Positions 13,301-26,739 of a DNA stretch of 64,000 nt are shown here, one piece after another. The DNA is from Tubiluchus corallicola (lineage: Eukaryota; Animalia; Priapulida), in the NCBI GenBank assembly GCA_030141605.1, contig JAQGDQ010000390.1, positions 124,001-188,000 on the forward strand, given 5' to 3'. The position numbers and the translations under genes were made by a program. Position 1 is the first letter of the stretch. Every line of letters starts with the position of its first letter. Under the pieces are notes generated by a model. The model saw only the letters and a list, made by a program, of their open reading frames with translations, searched no databases and had not been told where the DNA came from.

Positions 13301-16300
13301 GCAGACAGTACGTATATATTACTGCGACAGGAATATATTATGATACATGTAATTAGATATGGGGAAATTTGATCATTGATTCAATCAAGGCAGGTTTATC
13401 AAATAAAGTAATGAATCAAGAAAATTCTTCCAAAGCCACGCGATTAAAGGAAATAAAAAAGGATTCGACTTTTGTCACCCAGATAAACGAAAGGGTTAGA
13501 AAAATTGCTGAAAAGGCACCAATTTTGAAAAATGCGCTCGGGAGAAGCGGTTGCTCCCCTTGCTCCCTTATTAGCTACGCCACTTATGATATGCCTTCAT
13601 TTCCCTATTCCTTATTGATCTTTATAACTTATTCCCTATTTCTTATTGATCTTTATAACTTTTTGTTTAATAAAAATTGTTTTTTCTAATTTGTCTCTTT
13701 TGTAATACCATCGCAAAAGGTAACTTGACCGTTCAACCCTCCACCCAAGCACGTACCGCACGTCGCGGTTAACAGTGTTTAGACTTTGGTCAGTTTTCGT
13801 AAACAACCAACATGATCATATAATTGCAGTAATGTTATAAAATCCACTAACATTCAAAGTGCAAAAGCATATGCGGCCCACTGTGAATGTGAACAACGTG
13901 CCGCCCTGCTGGATCCACCACGCCGCTTGGTCGCTGCGGTCGCTGCAATCATTATGTAAACGTGTGCGGTTACACCTTAGGGTGTATAGACTGACACTTT
14001 TGTGCCTAGAAAATGCAGTATCATACATAACGTGTGGTGATGTGGGTATTCTATAGCAAAGCGACGATAAATCTGGAATATTCAAAATATGCAGTATCAT
14101 CCGTTGGCATTCGCGTCCATGTGCATGCGCCCTTAGGAAGTTTCAATACGCTTTTCGCATGTTGTAGATCTTTGACTTTCCTTTGTTAATAACATGACTG
14201 ACGTGTTTACATGTACTTTAAACTCTTATCTTAATTCCGTGTGGGCGTTACCAGATTGTAACGTTAGCGATCGTTTTTAACATTAACTAATTTGATTGCT
14301 TATATTAATATAATTATGTTAATAGCAATACATTAATTAATTAAAATATTGTAAGCTTTGTTGATAATTTCCTGATTCTCAAGCAAAAGAACCCTGAATT
14401 TTAAACAATACATCGAAATAACTTTGAAACACTTTAAGACGAAATTTTTCGTCATAGTCTAGCGACGAACTTGAATTTAAAATGTAAATTTAAAATTTGC
14501 CGCGATTTTGCATATGAATGTCACTGTTATACAAAAATCTTCACTATAGGAAACACGTGCTAGTCAATTGGGAACATTCCTGCAAATGAAAAATTTTCCC
14601 CAAGGTGACGTTACCACTATCTCGGAAGTGGTGCTGACAAGAAACTGGCAAAATTGTGTCTAGTTTTTTGCTGGGTTACTGCTGTGTTTCTAAGTCTTGA
14701 GGACTGATTTCGTTCATTTTATAATTCTGCCCACCCAGGGTTATAATAGATGTAACGGGTATATGGTGATGGTGATGGTGATGATGATGATGATCACGAC
14801 GACGATGGCGGTGACGACGATGATGATGATGATGATGAAGAAGAAGAAGATGATGATGATGATGAAGAAGAAGAAGAAGATGACGATGATGATGATGGTG
14901 ATGATGGTGAAGTACTGGAGAATTATTAATTTTCAAGTTTCTAAGCTAAATTTAATTATAAGATATATTCTTGTCAATATTATAAGCACTAAAATGTACA
15001 TTTTAGATCATACGTCAAGATAGGGCACACAGTCCAAAAAACTGTTCTCTTTTCCTTTAATGAAACAGCTTAGTTTAATAAATCACATAAATACGAGAAA
15101 CGTGCTGTTATACCAGATATATTCTATTCACTGTGCCAGTGGTTTGTCAGCATGCTTCCGATAATAACAGTGGACCAGTGGTAACGTCATCTTGGGCACA
15201 ATTTTCCAATGGCAGGAATCTTCCTCACTGACAAGCACACGTTTCGTTAAGCGAAGATTTTTGTATGACAATGACAAAGCGAAGTTGAGAATATAATGTG
15301 TTTCACAGTGTTGATATATTTCGGCTTTGCAAATCAGACAACAGTTATAACAAACCTATATAATGTAAGGCCCTTAAATACGTCAGTTAGTTTAGAATAT
15401 AACTATTATTATATTACGGTTTTTATGGAAAGCTACACCTGTACTTACTGAATGGTTCTACGTAGATGCTCAGGGAGAATGAAGAAAGGAGAAGACCAAA
15501 CGCTGGACCAATCGGCCGCGCAGTAGACAGGATTCCTGAAAAACACGTAAACACACATTACAACAAATTAGGATTTGAAGAAAAGTGTGAGAATCGCATT
15601 GATGCCCACCACAAACTAAATTCTCTGTTTATACTCAGCGTGTCAGGTTAAACCTTGGATTGTAGTTATGCCAACAGGAGCTTCTTACAAGCAACAATAA
15701 CAAACTCTGCAAAGATTTGCAGGTGCCACGTTTTAGATTTTTATGGTTTTCCCCAGTTTTGTAATTGTGGAATCATTGTACATTCTTCATTGTTGTTTGG
15801 CCGACTTTAAATAAAGATTATTATTATATTGAATAATTATGTATTATAGGGGCTAGAGTAAACTGCTAACCAGTTGTACAGCTCAAAAAGCTCAAAAAGC
15901 TTTTTGCCGACTATCAATACAAAATAAAAATTCTATACTACATAACAGACACTACTATTACAGCGGTTTTACCCTAAATATCACGCGCCAGCAGAATAAC
16001 AACCATTTTTAAGCAGCATCGAAGTCGCGACCTCCCAGACGGAAAGCGGACAGCTAGTGAACAAGTTATCTATACTGTCTGGTCGATATCACTGGCTTTG
16101 ATCGCTTTTTCCCGCTTAGAATACTTCTCAGATAACTTGTGTCAGGTATTTCTAATTCCACGTTAAATTGCTCACAATAAATAGTTTGACGTTTTGGTTA
16201 TGTCTTTGCTAAACGTTTATATCATTGGTGACGACCAATAAGAACCAATACCGCATTTCCTGTATTGAGGCCCTCGATGGGGTCCACAGAAAAATACAAT

Positions 16301-17256
16301 GTAACAGATACGGGATAAATTCAGTGACACAAAAATTGTGGTAATATTAGTTGGTAATTTCCTGTGCCGATATCTCAATATCTTGTGAAACTATTTTCGT
16401 TCTGTTTTGCAGTAGTAATGTCTTGACTGTAATGTATGTAGGAATGGCATTATTCATGGCTAAGCTAAACTAGGTAACGCTTTATTAAATTCACTCTTCT
16501 AATTTATGAACATAGTACTCGTTAGTGTGAAAAGATCGTCACGTCATAGGTACACCAGTACATTTGTAATGACGTCATAATGGGTACTATTTTATACTCA
16601 CCTACGTACCACGGTGCATCACTGCTTCGCTTCAGGTTATCATCGACATATGACAACCCCAAGGTGAAGAACGTAGTGCAGCCCACCTGTTGCAATGATA
16701 TACCTGCCAGTATAAGCAAATAAGCAATAACGTTCGATCTATCTCCGTCATTACAACTACCCGGATCTGACGTAGGATTGTTCTCTGAACAGAATTCCGC
16801 TTTATTCTGCAGTTCGTCTCCAAACTCGAGGTCCAGATTAGGAGCGGCAAAAAGACTTCTTGACGTCACGATTCGGCTTGCGTATTCCGACGAGTCGCCC
16901 GCGCCGTAAATGAAGTGAGGCAGCGCAGTGAGAAACATGCCGCATCCAGACAGAAACATGCCTGCCGCGATGCTCCTGGGTTTGTTTCCACGTCCATAGT
17001 GTGCGGCAAATATGACGAATATCGTGTACATGACGGTACCAGCTGACATGAGAAACCCCGATTTGCTGCTGGAGAACTGAAAACGTTTTTCTATTGTGGT
17101 AATACATCCTACCATATAACCAGCAAAACCGTCTGAGGCAAAAAATATGAAACACAGCACCGCAATGAAGTATTTGATTTTTGCGTATTTTTGCAAGTAA
17201 TTTGGTCTGAAAGAGAGAACTCCGCATCTTGTCCTGTCTGTGCCGTCTTCTTCCAT
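1327..17256 (-). CDS. SLCO: Organic anion transporting polypeptide (OATP/SLCO family), 9 coding exons, about 807 aa
   Basis: Exons in transcript order: 16602-17256, 15449-15535, 8505-9131, 7716-7880, 6557-6752, 5594-5735, 3680-3858, 3253-3317, 1327-1634. All introns are GT-AG, phases match, total 2424 nt. OATP hallmarks: ITTIEKRFQFSSSKSG, LPHFIYG, LGLSYVDDN, DPKWIGAWWFG signature, FLPKYLEVQF, Kazal-like CNVNCLC..YSPVCG..YFSSCHAGC, GALVDSTCILW...GACWIYD. The symbol is family level only. Confidence 0.95.
1738..3065. repeat. Minisatellite, 34-35 bp unit, about 38 copies, in the last SLCO intron
   Basis: Unit ggacaaaaggccttctgaaagaaatctaaaaatt with ggtc/ggcc and A-run variants; unit starts at 1772, 1807, 1841, 1875 and onward. 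Confidence 0.97.
3995..4537. mobile_element. Non-autonomous DNA transposon flanked by TTAA (Kolobok-like)
   Basis: ttaa|aggaaagccggatgattgt ... acaatcatccagttttct|ttaa. The 3' half recurs at about 27735-27943. Confidence 0.7.
4612..5515. mobile_element. MITE with terminal inverted repeats (possibly PIF/Harbinger-like)
   Basis: ggacccatgcagacatgcaatttt ... aaaattgcatgtctgctctgggcc, with many internal ttgca repeats. Confidence 0.6.
9280..9473. mobile_element. hAT-type MITE
   Basis: TIR cagggcc...ggccctg; exact 8-bp TSD atgatgac at 9272-9279 and 9474-9481. Confidence 0.85.
13215..13585. mobile_element. hAT-type MITE
   Basis: Degenerate TIR caggagtgtaacc / gctacgccactt; exact 8-bp TSD atgatatg at 13207-13214 and 13586-13593. 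Confidence 0.8.
14764..14910. repeat. Compound trinucleotide microsatellite (GAT/GAA/GGT/GAC)n
   Basis: Read directly from the sequence; it generates the poly-His and poly-Met ORFs in the track. Confidence 0.95.
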
Positions 17257-20200
17257 GCTGTTATAAATATCTGAATCAGCTGAGGGTTTAAGTACAAGCG
17301 CGAAATTCGGTAATTTGAAAACCGAAGTTTTTTAACCTTTTCATTAAACGATGAAAAACAGCTGCTTGCTCAACTTCTCCGCACGATATGTCACGCACAA
17401 AAAGACCTTTCTGTTCTTGGTACTGAAACAATTTTCATACAGTAAGGTAATTTATCTTTCCTCATATTAGGCTAATAGTAGCTTCAAATAAATCTAGATT
17501 ACTCAAATCTCTAAAGCACAACAAAGGCTTGGATGAATCAACTAATGTTATATGCTTAGCTGCACCAAAGCACTGACATTTCAACACTGTATTTACCACA
17601 CTTTTTATGCAATAGTGCATCGCGTCAAACCTTTTGTCAATATGTGATAGTACAAAGGTTGACTTCGAAGACTTCCAATTTACTGGGCGCCATCATTATT
17701 CAAACGCAGGGGTGTCGTCACCTTGGCGTAGGATGAGCACTATATGTACAATATCGCTGTACAACTGACTATAACAGTGACACAGTTTTTCCGTTGTTGA
17801 GCGATAAACACTATAATTATTAAGTGAAAGTGAAAGTAGGTTTTCTACGCACACTGTACAAGATTTAAACTCTAGCTGACATGCCACAGACAAAGAGATG
17901 CGCTGCCTGAATGAGAACTCAGGAGTGAATTTGAGGTCATGCGTATTGCTGAGTACTAGGGGTGGCCTCGGCTCAAGACGTGGAGAATTAAATAAACCAA
18001 TCGACCTTATGATCACATATCAGATATTATCACAGTCAGAATCGAATTTACTTTCTCTTGTGAAATGGAACAATGCATTGGCTGTTATCCGTAATTCAGA
18101 TGAATTTTAGGCATAAAGTTTGATTCACACGAACGGTACTTTTAAGCGATAATTTCCCAGCAGAACTAATGATGAAGTTTCTTCACTCGTGTACATGGTA
18201 AGCGCGTAGCGCTAATCAGGCAAACGAATAGTTGATTAGTCCAAACAAAAATTGCACTGCAGCATTAGTATGCGGTGAACTTTAACTATGCATAACAACT
18301 CGAAGATTTTTTCTACATAATTAAAAGACCCATCAAAAAGTATAATTATGTCGCAGTCTGTTTGTATTATGTCTTAATGTCCACAAGCCAATGCTTCTCT
18401 TGTCGTCAAGAGCGAAAACCGTTCAAAAGCATTATTGATATACGCTTCTCACGATACGATGCTTACTGCACTGGTGCTTGGTAACCTATTGTCGTAAAGT
18501 TCGATTCATAAATGCACACATTAAAACACGTTTAATGTCGTATAACACAAGCAGCGGTTGTCCAGGTTACTATTGTCCAAGTTACAGTAGATAGAGGGCG
18601 GTAATTCTGTGCTTCTTTTCCAACATAATTTCCGGGTTTTGAAAGGCTGTTCCCAATAGTCAGGAAAGGCTGTTTTGCAACGGAAGTACGATCTTCAGAC
18701 TAGGACGTCGCTACAACTACTTGGAAGGATATAGACGTAGCACTGTCACTTCAAATAGAGTACATGTACCTTCATCAGCATAAATTTAGTGTACGCTACA
18801 GTACTCAAACATTCTACTCACCCGGTGAAATTTAAACTCACCAAATGTTGTTGGTGATTTAATAAATTCTCAAGTTTAATTCTGTAGGAAACTTCCTCTC
18901 TTGTGAAGTTTTTGCATCAACAAAGATCGTAGGCCTATTTGCACCCTGGACACACGTGCACTTAACATATGATTCATGTTAGGCTTATGATGCTGACAGT
19001 TAGGAGGGTAATTTCAGTGAAGTGAACAGGAAACCCTTCTGACAGTTTCACCTAGAGGCAGCGTTCTCAAGTGCAAGCATATTTTTGTTAGTAGTTTGTT
19101 TATTAGCGTGTATAAAGCGCAGTTCGTTACACTCGTAAACATGCACCAATGCGGCCATAAACTTTTAGGCGTGCTAAAAAGCTGGAGAGATGAATCTATA
19201 GAGGTGCAGCGATACAAAATCCTCATGTGCGACAGCGGTTATACGCGCGGTTGATCAACGCTGAGGGTAGTAACGCGCAGTATACGCTTTGCATGCGTTC
19301 ATACGAGCAGGCAAAAATCAATAAAAGCCCTCCCTACCGACGCCGCATATTTTGTCTGCTACTGGCTCACCATTACCGAATTTACCGCAGTTACCGGATC
19401 ATCACACATTTCGGATGGATACATGTGAACACAGCCTGTGGAGGTGCACATTAAGGTGAACCCACATAGTGACCACCGAACTAGGAAGTATCCGTTAACC
19501 TTCTTAATGCGTGAATGATTGTGGCTAACATGAAATAATTTTCAAACAGGAAACAACCGCTAACAGATTAGAAAAATAAACAAGACAGATTAAAATGGAT
19601 GCGGGAGAGACACAAAGAGTAAAATTACTACTTACATATGTCTGCAGAAATACAAATGTTTTGAAAAGTCAATTTTCATTAATCTTTGTCTAAATAATTT
19701 CCCGGAGGCGGCATTTACCAGTGGAGCCCCATTTGTATGTTCACGAAGAGAATTACAGTACTTGACAACTCGTCATTGTCATTGGCAACGACTGTTGAGC
19801 TAAGACGATACAGATCAATTTTCATAAAATCTGTGGCAATAACCCCTAGAAATTCTTAGAGCATTGCTAAAAACTTAATTTCTGTCCAAGTCATTTTCCC
19901 TATGAATAATATTTTAGCACATTTTTAGATCATAATGAATTCTTCTCTCTTCTAATAACAACATATTTAAAGCTAAAAGTCAGTTAGCGTAAGACACAGC
20001 AGTAAATCCACACCTAGCATAAAATCTTCTGGTGAAATACCTTTGCCCATTTTCAATAAAGGCGATATCTCTCATTAGATGGAGACACCATACTGGCGCA
20101 CAATATTCCTCAATAGGTCGAACCTAAGCTTTAAAAGCTTTAAGCAAAACGTCTCTATCTGTTGTACACTGAAAACAACGAAAGATCGTGCTTGTTACAC

Positions 20201-21599
20201 GATTTGCTTTAAAATGAATTTTCACGACAATGCTCGCTAAGTTTAAAAGACAAGAAAAGGGGTACATGAAGTAGGCTCCAGAAAAATCTCCTTAAAAATT
20301 ATACTACTTTACAACAATTTTCTGCATATATCGTACTCGTGTTGAAAGGATTTCTGTTTGTCTTCATTTTAAATCTCCCGCAATACTGTTCCGACGGCGC
20401 CATTGGATGACGAAACTATGCCACGTAAATCAGGGGAAGAAAAATCAATGTTAAATTATGTCCCAAAAAAACTTTCCATGCAAATCTATATTATTTAGTT
20501 TTTCGCTTACCTACTGGAAGGACTTATGTAACTAGAAAATGTTTTCACCAATAGGTAAAATGTCGCTGACTCACCCTCCAGGGTGCAGCACTCACTAACC
20601 AAAAACGTATTTTTAACCTTACTGACAGGATACAGCAATTTAAAATTTTACTCAGTTAGTGACATGTGCGCTACGAATGCTTTGATTATTTTTTCAAAGT
20701 TTACACAATGTTATCTAAACTTGTTTCAATTGACCTGTCGTTAAAATGACTGCGCTTAACGGTCATCGCGGGAGTTTAAATTTACATGTTTTATACAGCG
20801 TTACTGCCAATTGAAGCCTTGTATATAAAAAGGCAGTATGTAAGTGATTTAAAATTTCAAGGGGAATTTTCCCAGCTTTATGTATATGGTGGGTTTTCTT
20901 GTATTTTAAGATTATTTGATACAGTAATACCTAAATCATGATAAATTTTAACAGGTATCGAATTCCACAGAAAAAAGGCCTGAGCGAAAAAACTAAATTT
21001 ACTAGCGGTTGTTGTGCTTATAGACTACAAAAGTATACAATTTGGTAAACCTAGTTCTCAAAAAAGTGAAATTTCAAGTTATACACGTATTCAATTAAGT
21101 GGCAAGTAGATGGCAGCACAAATGTGTTTCATACAACAACAATTTCTTTAGCATTAAGGTTCTTGAAAAATCCTGCAAAGGCACGTAAGGTCATACAGCG
21201 TATAGGGTTAAATTTATTGCCATAAAGATGAAATACATGCAAGATGTGATACAAATAAAATCATACAAGTAAAATAGCAATTATATGTAATATATAATGT
21301 ATATAATTACATATTACATGTTGTCAAGAACGAGAGCTTTGATGCACGTAATGTACTTGCCTTTTTCACACAAGTAAAAATAGCAATAAATTTCACTATA
21401 AATAAAACAAAAAATGTTGTAATTAATTAAAGTATAAGACAATTTTAATTTTATGATACACTTGCATTAAAATCTGTACTAGTTCATTTTAATGTTTAAC
21501 TCTTTTCGTACTCATAACGCAAATACTAAAAAAGGTATATAAACTAGGCCTACATACAAATAAGTGTATACGTAAGATTCACGAGTGTTGTACATTCGG

Positions 21600-22660
21600 T
21601 AAATGCTAGTGAAAGGAAGCGTTCTTGTTTATCCTGTTCGTCGGCGAAAAGTTGCATCAGTGTAAGAAATTCCGAAACGAATTTTATGAAAAGCGTAATG
21701 GTTTCGTAAGCAAATCTAACTTATATTTTGGTTGTTTGCGTAAGGGGTATCGTGTTGTTGAATGTTGTAACCAAAAGTGGTGTGAAATAGGCTTGAATAA
21801 GTCATATCATACTGCTCTACAGCGTAAGCCAGATGACTGACCTTGGAAAGAAAAGTCTAGTAGTGAACCGGTACAGGTGTCATAGCTTTTGTACTCAAGC
21901 TAAAGCTGTGAAAGTGCTTTCTTCTGAAGAACCACAGTCTGTTGGTTTAAAGTCTGAAGCGATTGTTAGTGATGCTGACGAGGAAGTAAAGAATAAGTTC
22001 TAGCCTACGTTAGTTACGAAGTAACTAATAAGTTCTACTCCTACGAAGCAACTAGTTGTTAGCTATGTAAAAGAAAGCGTTTCTGAAGCCACAAAGGTAT
22101 TTCCGAAAATAATAGATCATCTACAGAAATGCTTCCTGCAACGGATAGATGTTCGAAAAAAATGTGATTCTTTGAAATGTGATTTAGAACCCGTAGTGCC
22201 TAAAGTGAATTGTACTAATTCTCCTCTTGTCATTCCTGCGCCCAAGTCGATAAATGATTCGTTTGTTGATTGAGAAGCTAAAGAGTTTAGAAACAGTGAC
22301 TATGAAACGTTTGAAACCAATAGTTAATAAAGCCTGTGAAACACCCAAGGGTGATAGTTGCAGCAAAGAAAAACATAGAGTAAGAGAAGAAAGCGAAAGT
22401 GGAAAGTTGCATATCCTAAATAGTACATTAATTATCCCTCGGTAATTAGCACAGAAAATATAGTTTGTGCAAAGGCGTTATCAGGCAAGCAGCCTAAGCA
22501 GCATTATAAGTGTGAGTTTTTGACAGCCATTTCTAAATGGCTCAATACGTTACTGTTACGAATGCTTATAGCATTCATCTTATGATTTATGTGGAGTCCG
22601 TTGCGAAATCAAACTAATTTTAAGTACAAGAGTACTAATGGGTTGGATAACCAAAATAGT
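21600..22660 (+). mobile_element. Degenerate BEL/Pao LTR-retrotransposon gag relic
   Basis: ORF 21625-21840 (LHQCKKF..EKRNGFVSKSNLYFGCLRKGYRVVECCNQKWCEI..YHTALQ) matches the triple zinc-knuckle pattern of BEL/Pao gag with several C/H residues lost. The downstream sequence is interrupted by stops and MITE insertions. Confidence 0.65.
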
Positions 22661-23976
22661 CAGGGCACTTTATTTATGACTTTTCTTGCAAAATAGTCAT
22701 AAATAGTCATAAATAAGATTTCAAATTTGTCATAAATAACGAAAGAAAAATAATCATTTCCCGATGAATGGAACAAAAAATTCAGTACAGAAAACTGTTT
22801 CCACCGTCTCTCTCTCTCTCTCTCTCCCACACACACAGGCAGTCCATAAGAAGCTTGCGCGTGACTGTTTGGTGGACTAACACAGTAACTGAGACTGTCT
22901 AACTGATGCGTTTATCTGTCATTAACTCGTCTAGAAGCAACCTAAATAATAAAAAGTAAATGAGCGCGTTACCGCGAAAAAATAAATAGGCACCGACAGA
23001 ATCGTTGTCGTTCCATCGAAAATTTGAATTAAAGACAGCTTACCTATTTTAATGTCCTAAAGTTCTGCCGCCTCAAACCTACGCTCTGCACAATAACAGA
23101 AATCTACACTTCTAATTCTTTTCTTTGCACGTTCATTTCAGTGCCTTTCTCATCCTAGCGGCGTTAGGGGTGAGCATTCTCTACCAGAAAGCGAATTCGA
23201 ATCGAACCGAATTTGTGACTTTCGAATTCGAATCGAACCGAACTTCGATGCTTACCCCTAAGCGGCGTAAGTCAATGGCTTGGGTGTAGGTTTTAGCTCG
23301 AGTTTGCCGCAAGCGTTTCCCGTGCCTTACTGCCTCATCCTCAAGAAATAAGAATAATGCCGTCTGCTAGAATTTGAGCATATTTTATCTTTGGGAGAAT
23401 TTGTTGCTTCATTGTCATTAAAATTTAACTGTTTTTCTTGTTTAGTTATTTTGCTTAATGTAATTTTAATTAGAAAACATACGTGACGGTTCCCTAGAAA
23501 GATGTAATAGCCAATAGTATTTTCCAACATTAAATTTAAAATCGATATTTAAAAAAATACATTATTTACTTGTACTAATTGTGGCTACGAATTGTGACTG
23601 TACGAATTAATTAATAGATTGATTTTTATGAGCAGTAATTTTATAGGTCATCCTAAACAAATTAAAACCGATACTATAATTATTATAAACACGATCACGG
23701 ATTTCAGTCTGGAGGGATGCCTGCATGCAAAACAATACGAGAAACTTCAGGCCTTGGAATGATGAAAGTAGACATTTTTATTACATTTTAATGTAATGAA
23801 GAACGAAGAAAGGCAAAATACAAGATTCTGATTAAAAATATGTATTTCTTTTAGCTCAGGATGGCATTTTTGGTCAAAATTTGACACGTCATAAATAGTC
23901 ATAAATAAAATCTGAAATTAGTATTAAATAAGCTATTTATGCAATTTATGACTAAAGTCATAAATAAAGTGCCCTG
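22661..23976. mobile_element. hAT-type non-autonomous element, 1316 bp
   Basis: Perfect TIR cagggcactttatttatgact / agtcataaataaagtgccctg; exact 8-bp TSD aaaatagt at 22653-22660 and 23977-23984. Confidence 0.93.
23165..23260. mobile_element. 96-bp hAT-type mini-element nested in the 22661-23976 element
   Basis: TIR taggggtgagcat / atgcttaccccta; exact 8-bp TSD agcggcgt at 23157-23164 and 23261-23268; internal gaattcgaatcgaaccgaa twice. Confidence 0.9.
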
Positions 23977-24233
23977 AAAATAGTGCAGACAGTACTTTGT
24001 TGCCAAATTGGATGGCTTCACATATTGCGCCTATTAGCATTGTGATAACCCGACGTATGTACACGGAGCTTATGATAACTAAAGGTACTTTCACACAGAT
24101 TTTACTAGTAAGGTCAAGGTGCGTCTTATAATGCTTCTTACAAAGGTAATGGGATTTATAACATTGATTAAAGAATTGCTGTATAGGTAGATCCCTATAA
24201 AGTTCATTTATTGCGTTTTCAGTTGCATATAAT

Positions 24234-24720
24234 CAGGCTGCATAAGATTATGGATATCCATAAAATAAGACCAAAAATCCATAAAATAAAATTTGAAAAA
24301 TCCATAAAATAAGAAATGCATAAAATAAAAAACAATTTTTTGTGATTTTTTGTACAAAATAAGGCAATCAAAACTGAATACAGGCATTGGATCGGAAACT
24401 TCAGCCTAGAGGGCATTCTACATTCGTACCAAATAGATGAATTATTTGAACTGAAGTGATGAATTACGAGGCATTGTCTCGTAAAATTTGATTAAATTTG
24501 AAGTGATATGAAACCGATAAAATTAAAACTAAGTCCTGCGTGTTTAAAAACACGTTTCAAGCACTCCTGTTTGTACTTTTTACTTGATTTCCCCCTGGGC
24601 ATCTCATTCCAGATATAGTCTATTTCTTATTTTATTGATATCCATAAAATAAAATTTCAAAAATCCATAAAATAAGCTATTTTATGTATTTTATACATAT
24701 CCATAATCTTATACACCCTG
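24234..24720. mobile_element. hAT-type MITE, 487 bp
   Basis: TIR caggctgcataagattatggatat / atatccataatcttatacaccctg; exact 8-bp TSD catataat; subterminal tccataaaataa repeats. Confidence 0.9.
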
Positions 24721-26046
24721 CATATAATGCATTACAGTGATATAAAGGTGCGAAATGTATAGTTAAAAGTGTGATCAAATACAGAGATATCTTATGTGTT
24801 TCAGTTTGGATAAATATTTTGAATATGGTTTTGAATTTGAATTTAAAATGTTCCTTTTTATTTTATTGATGTCATTGATGAATGGTGGTATAATGTGAAC
24901 TGAATGATACTTCACTAAAATACTTAAATAATGAAATGAAAATGTTCGAGGAATCGAGTTACCATAAACTAATAACGCATTAAGTATAATATAACAGTTT
25001 TAGTTTGATAAACATGTGGCACAATTTAGAGCGTACGTGAATGTTTAGCGTACAAGTATGCATATTTAAAATGTTAATATTGGTGCATATGCAGATTATC
25101 ATTTCTATGTTGTAGTTTTGCAGATAGGTTACTACAATACATCGTTGTTAAGCTCTCAATGAATACACAATTTTTGAGTTAGTGTGGCAGCAATAACAAA
25201 CGGGGAAACAATTATGTGTACACATCTTGTCAGTAAAGGTTTATTATAATTATTATTATAATCTAAGAAAGATTAAGATTAGCTTGGATAATGTCCTGAG
25301 AATCTGCATAATTGACATCAAAATAATTTACAGTTTACAAATTACTGTCCCCTGTAATTATCATGTCTTTGAACATATAATTATATTTGTAAGAAATAGT
25401 TGATATATTTCCTATAGGCCTATATCTTGAAAATTTCTATTTCCTTGCAAATTGAGCAAAATATTATTACATTGTCTGCATGTTTGAAAATTGTTATGTT
25501 TGTTATGTAATTCTAGAATTTAATTGTTATGTGTGTCAAAAACTGTCAATTATAGGCCAGTTAGGCCTACATCAAATAACAATGTTGTGATTGATGTATC
25601 TGTCTTATTGTCATTAATATTTTGTAAATATGTATTGTATAATAACTGTAATGTATATGTTGCCTGTTGAATGTTAAGTTAACCCAATAAATGAAATTAA
25701 ATTAAATTAGCTAGTTATCACAATACAAACAGCAGTACAGCGAAAAAAAGACATCGTTTGCTCTACTCAAGAGGCATATAAATTATGATATCGCAAAATT
25801 ATTATTAATGCGATTTCATGCAAAAAAGCTAATACTACGTTGATTAAGTTTCACTTGAATATTGGATTCAGCCAGATTCTATGACGATTACGTGTCTGTG
25901 CGCTCACTAGTTTTGAGAGAAAGCTACAACACTCAGTTTAAATACCTTTTCTTTAACCGAAAGAGCTAGTCTACTGTTAATAGTGTAGAGCAGCTGTTTG
26001 TGTTACTGACCCATAACCACGAGTCCACGACAAAGAAAAAGCAATG

Positions 26047-26321
26047 AAATATTTCTACTTAAAAACAACGCAACTTTACTTTACAAAGTTAAAAATTTAA
26101 AATCATGCTAAACGTTTCGACAAACTATTGTTTCAAACGTTTCATCATCAATAGTATATTTACAAACATACAACCAGTTTATATAGGCAGAGCCTATTAA
26201 GCACTAATTAAGTAGTTAATAGAAGACAAATAGGTAATGAACGTTTGGCATGATTCTAACTTTTTAACTTTGTAAAGTAAAAGTCTTAATAAAGTTGTGT
26301 TGTTTTTAACTATAAATATTT
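26047..26321. repeat. Fold-back (inverted repeat) element, possibly Penelope-derived
   Basis: aaatatttctacttaaaaacaacgcaactttactttacaaagttaaaaa...aatcatgctaaacgtt is mirrored by aacgtttggcatgatt...tttttaactttgtaaagtaa...aagttgtgttgtttttaactataaatattt. Confidence 0.7.
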
Positions 26322-26693
26322 TTAAGTACCGTAATAAAAATTGAAATGTTTTTGTCCTAATTTATGTTACTCAGCACAAGTTTATTACGCTTAAACTACT
26401 TCGTAGTGATTGTTGAGTAAGTATCCGTAGATAAAACTGTTCCATTCCCCATTTCACAGGAAATCTTTGCAATGGCGCTTCATCATGTTGTGAAATTGTG
26501 ATGTAGAAGATGTGAAGTAGAAAATTTTCTTTTGAAATTACATAAGTTTCTGGAATAGGTAATGCTTGCGTAATGCTGAGTAATTTGAGTGGGATATATG
26601 TGCTTTAAAATTCCCGTTCTTCCCTTTCAACGACTTACTATACAATTATCAGGACACTCACTAGATAGTAACTATATAAGGGTAAGTATAGCT

Positions 26694-26739
<46 letters not shown>

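Noticed and set aside
14676-15023. Poly-His and poly-Met ORFs
   Set aside because: Translations of a trinucleotide microsatellite inside an intron.
20511-20531. 21-nt segment flanked by minus-strand acceptor and donor
   Set aside because: It sits in repeat-like sequence and has a stop in the phase needed to join SLCO; no further support.
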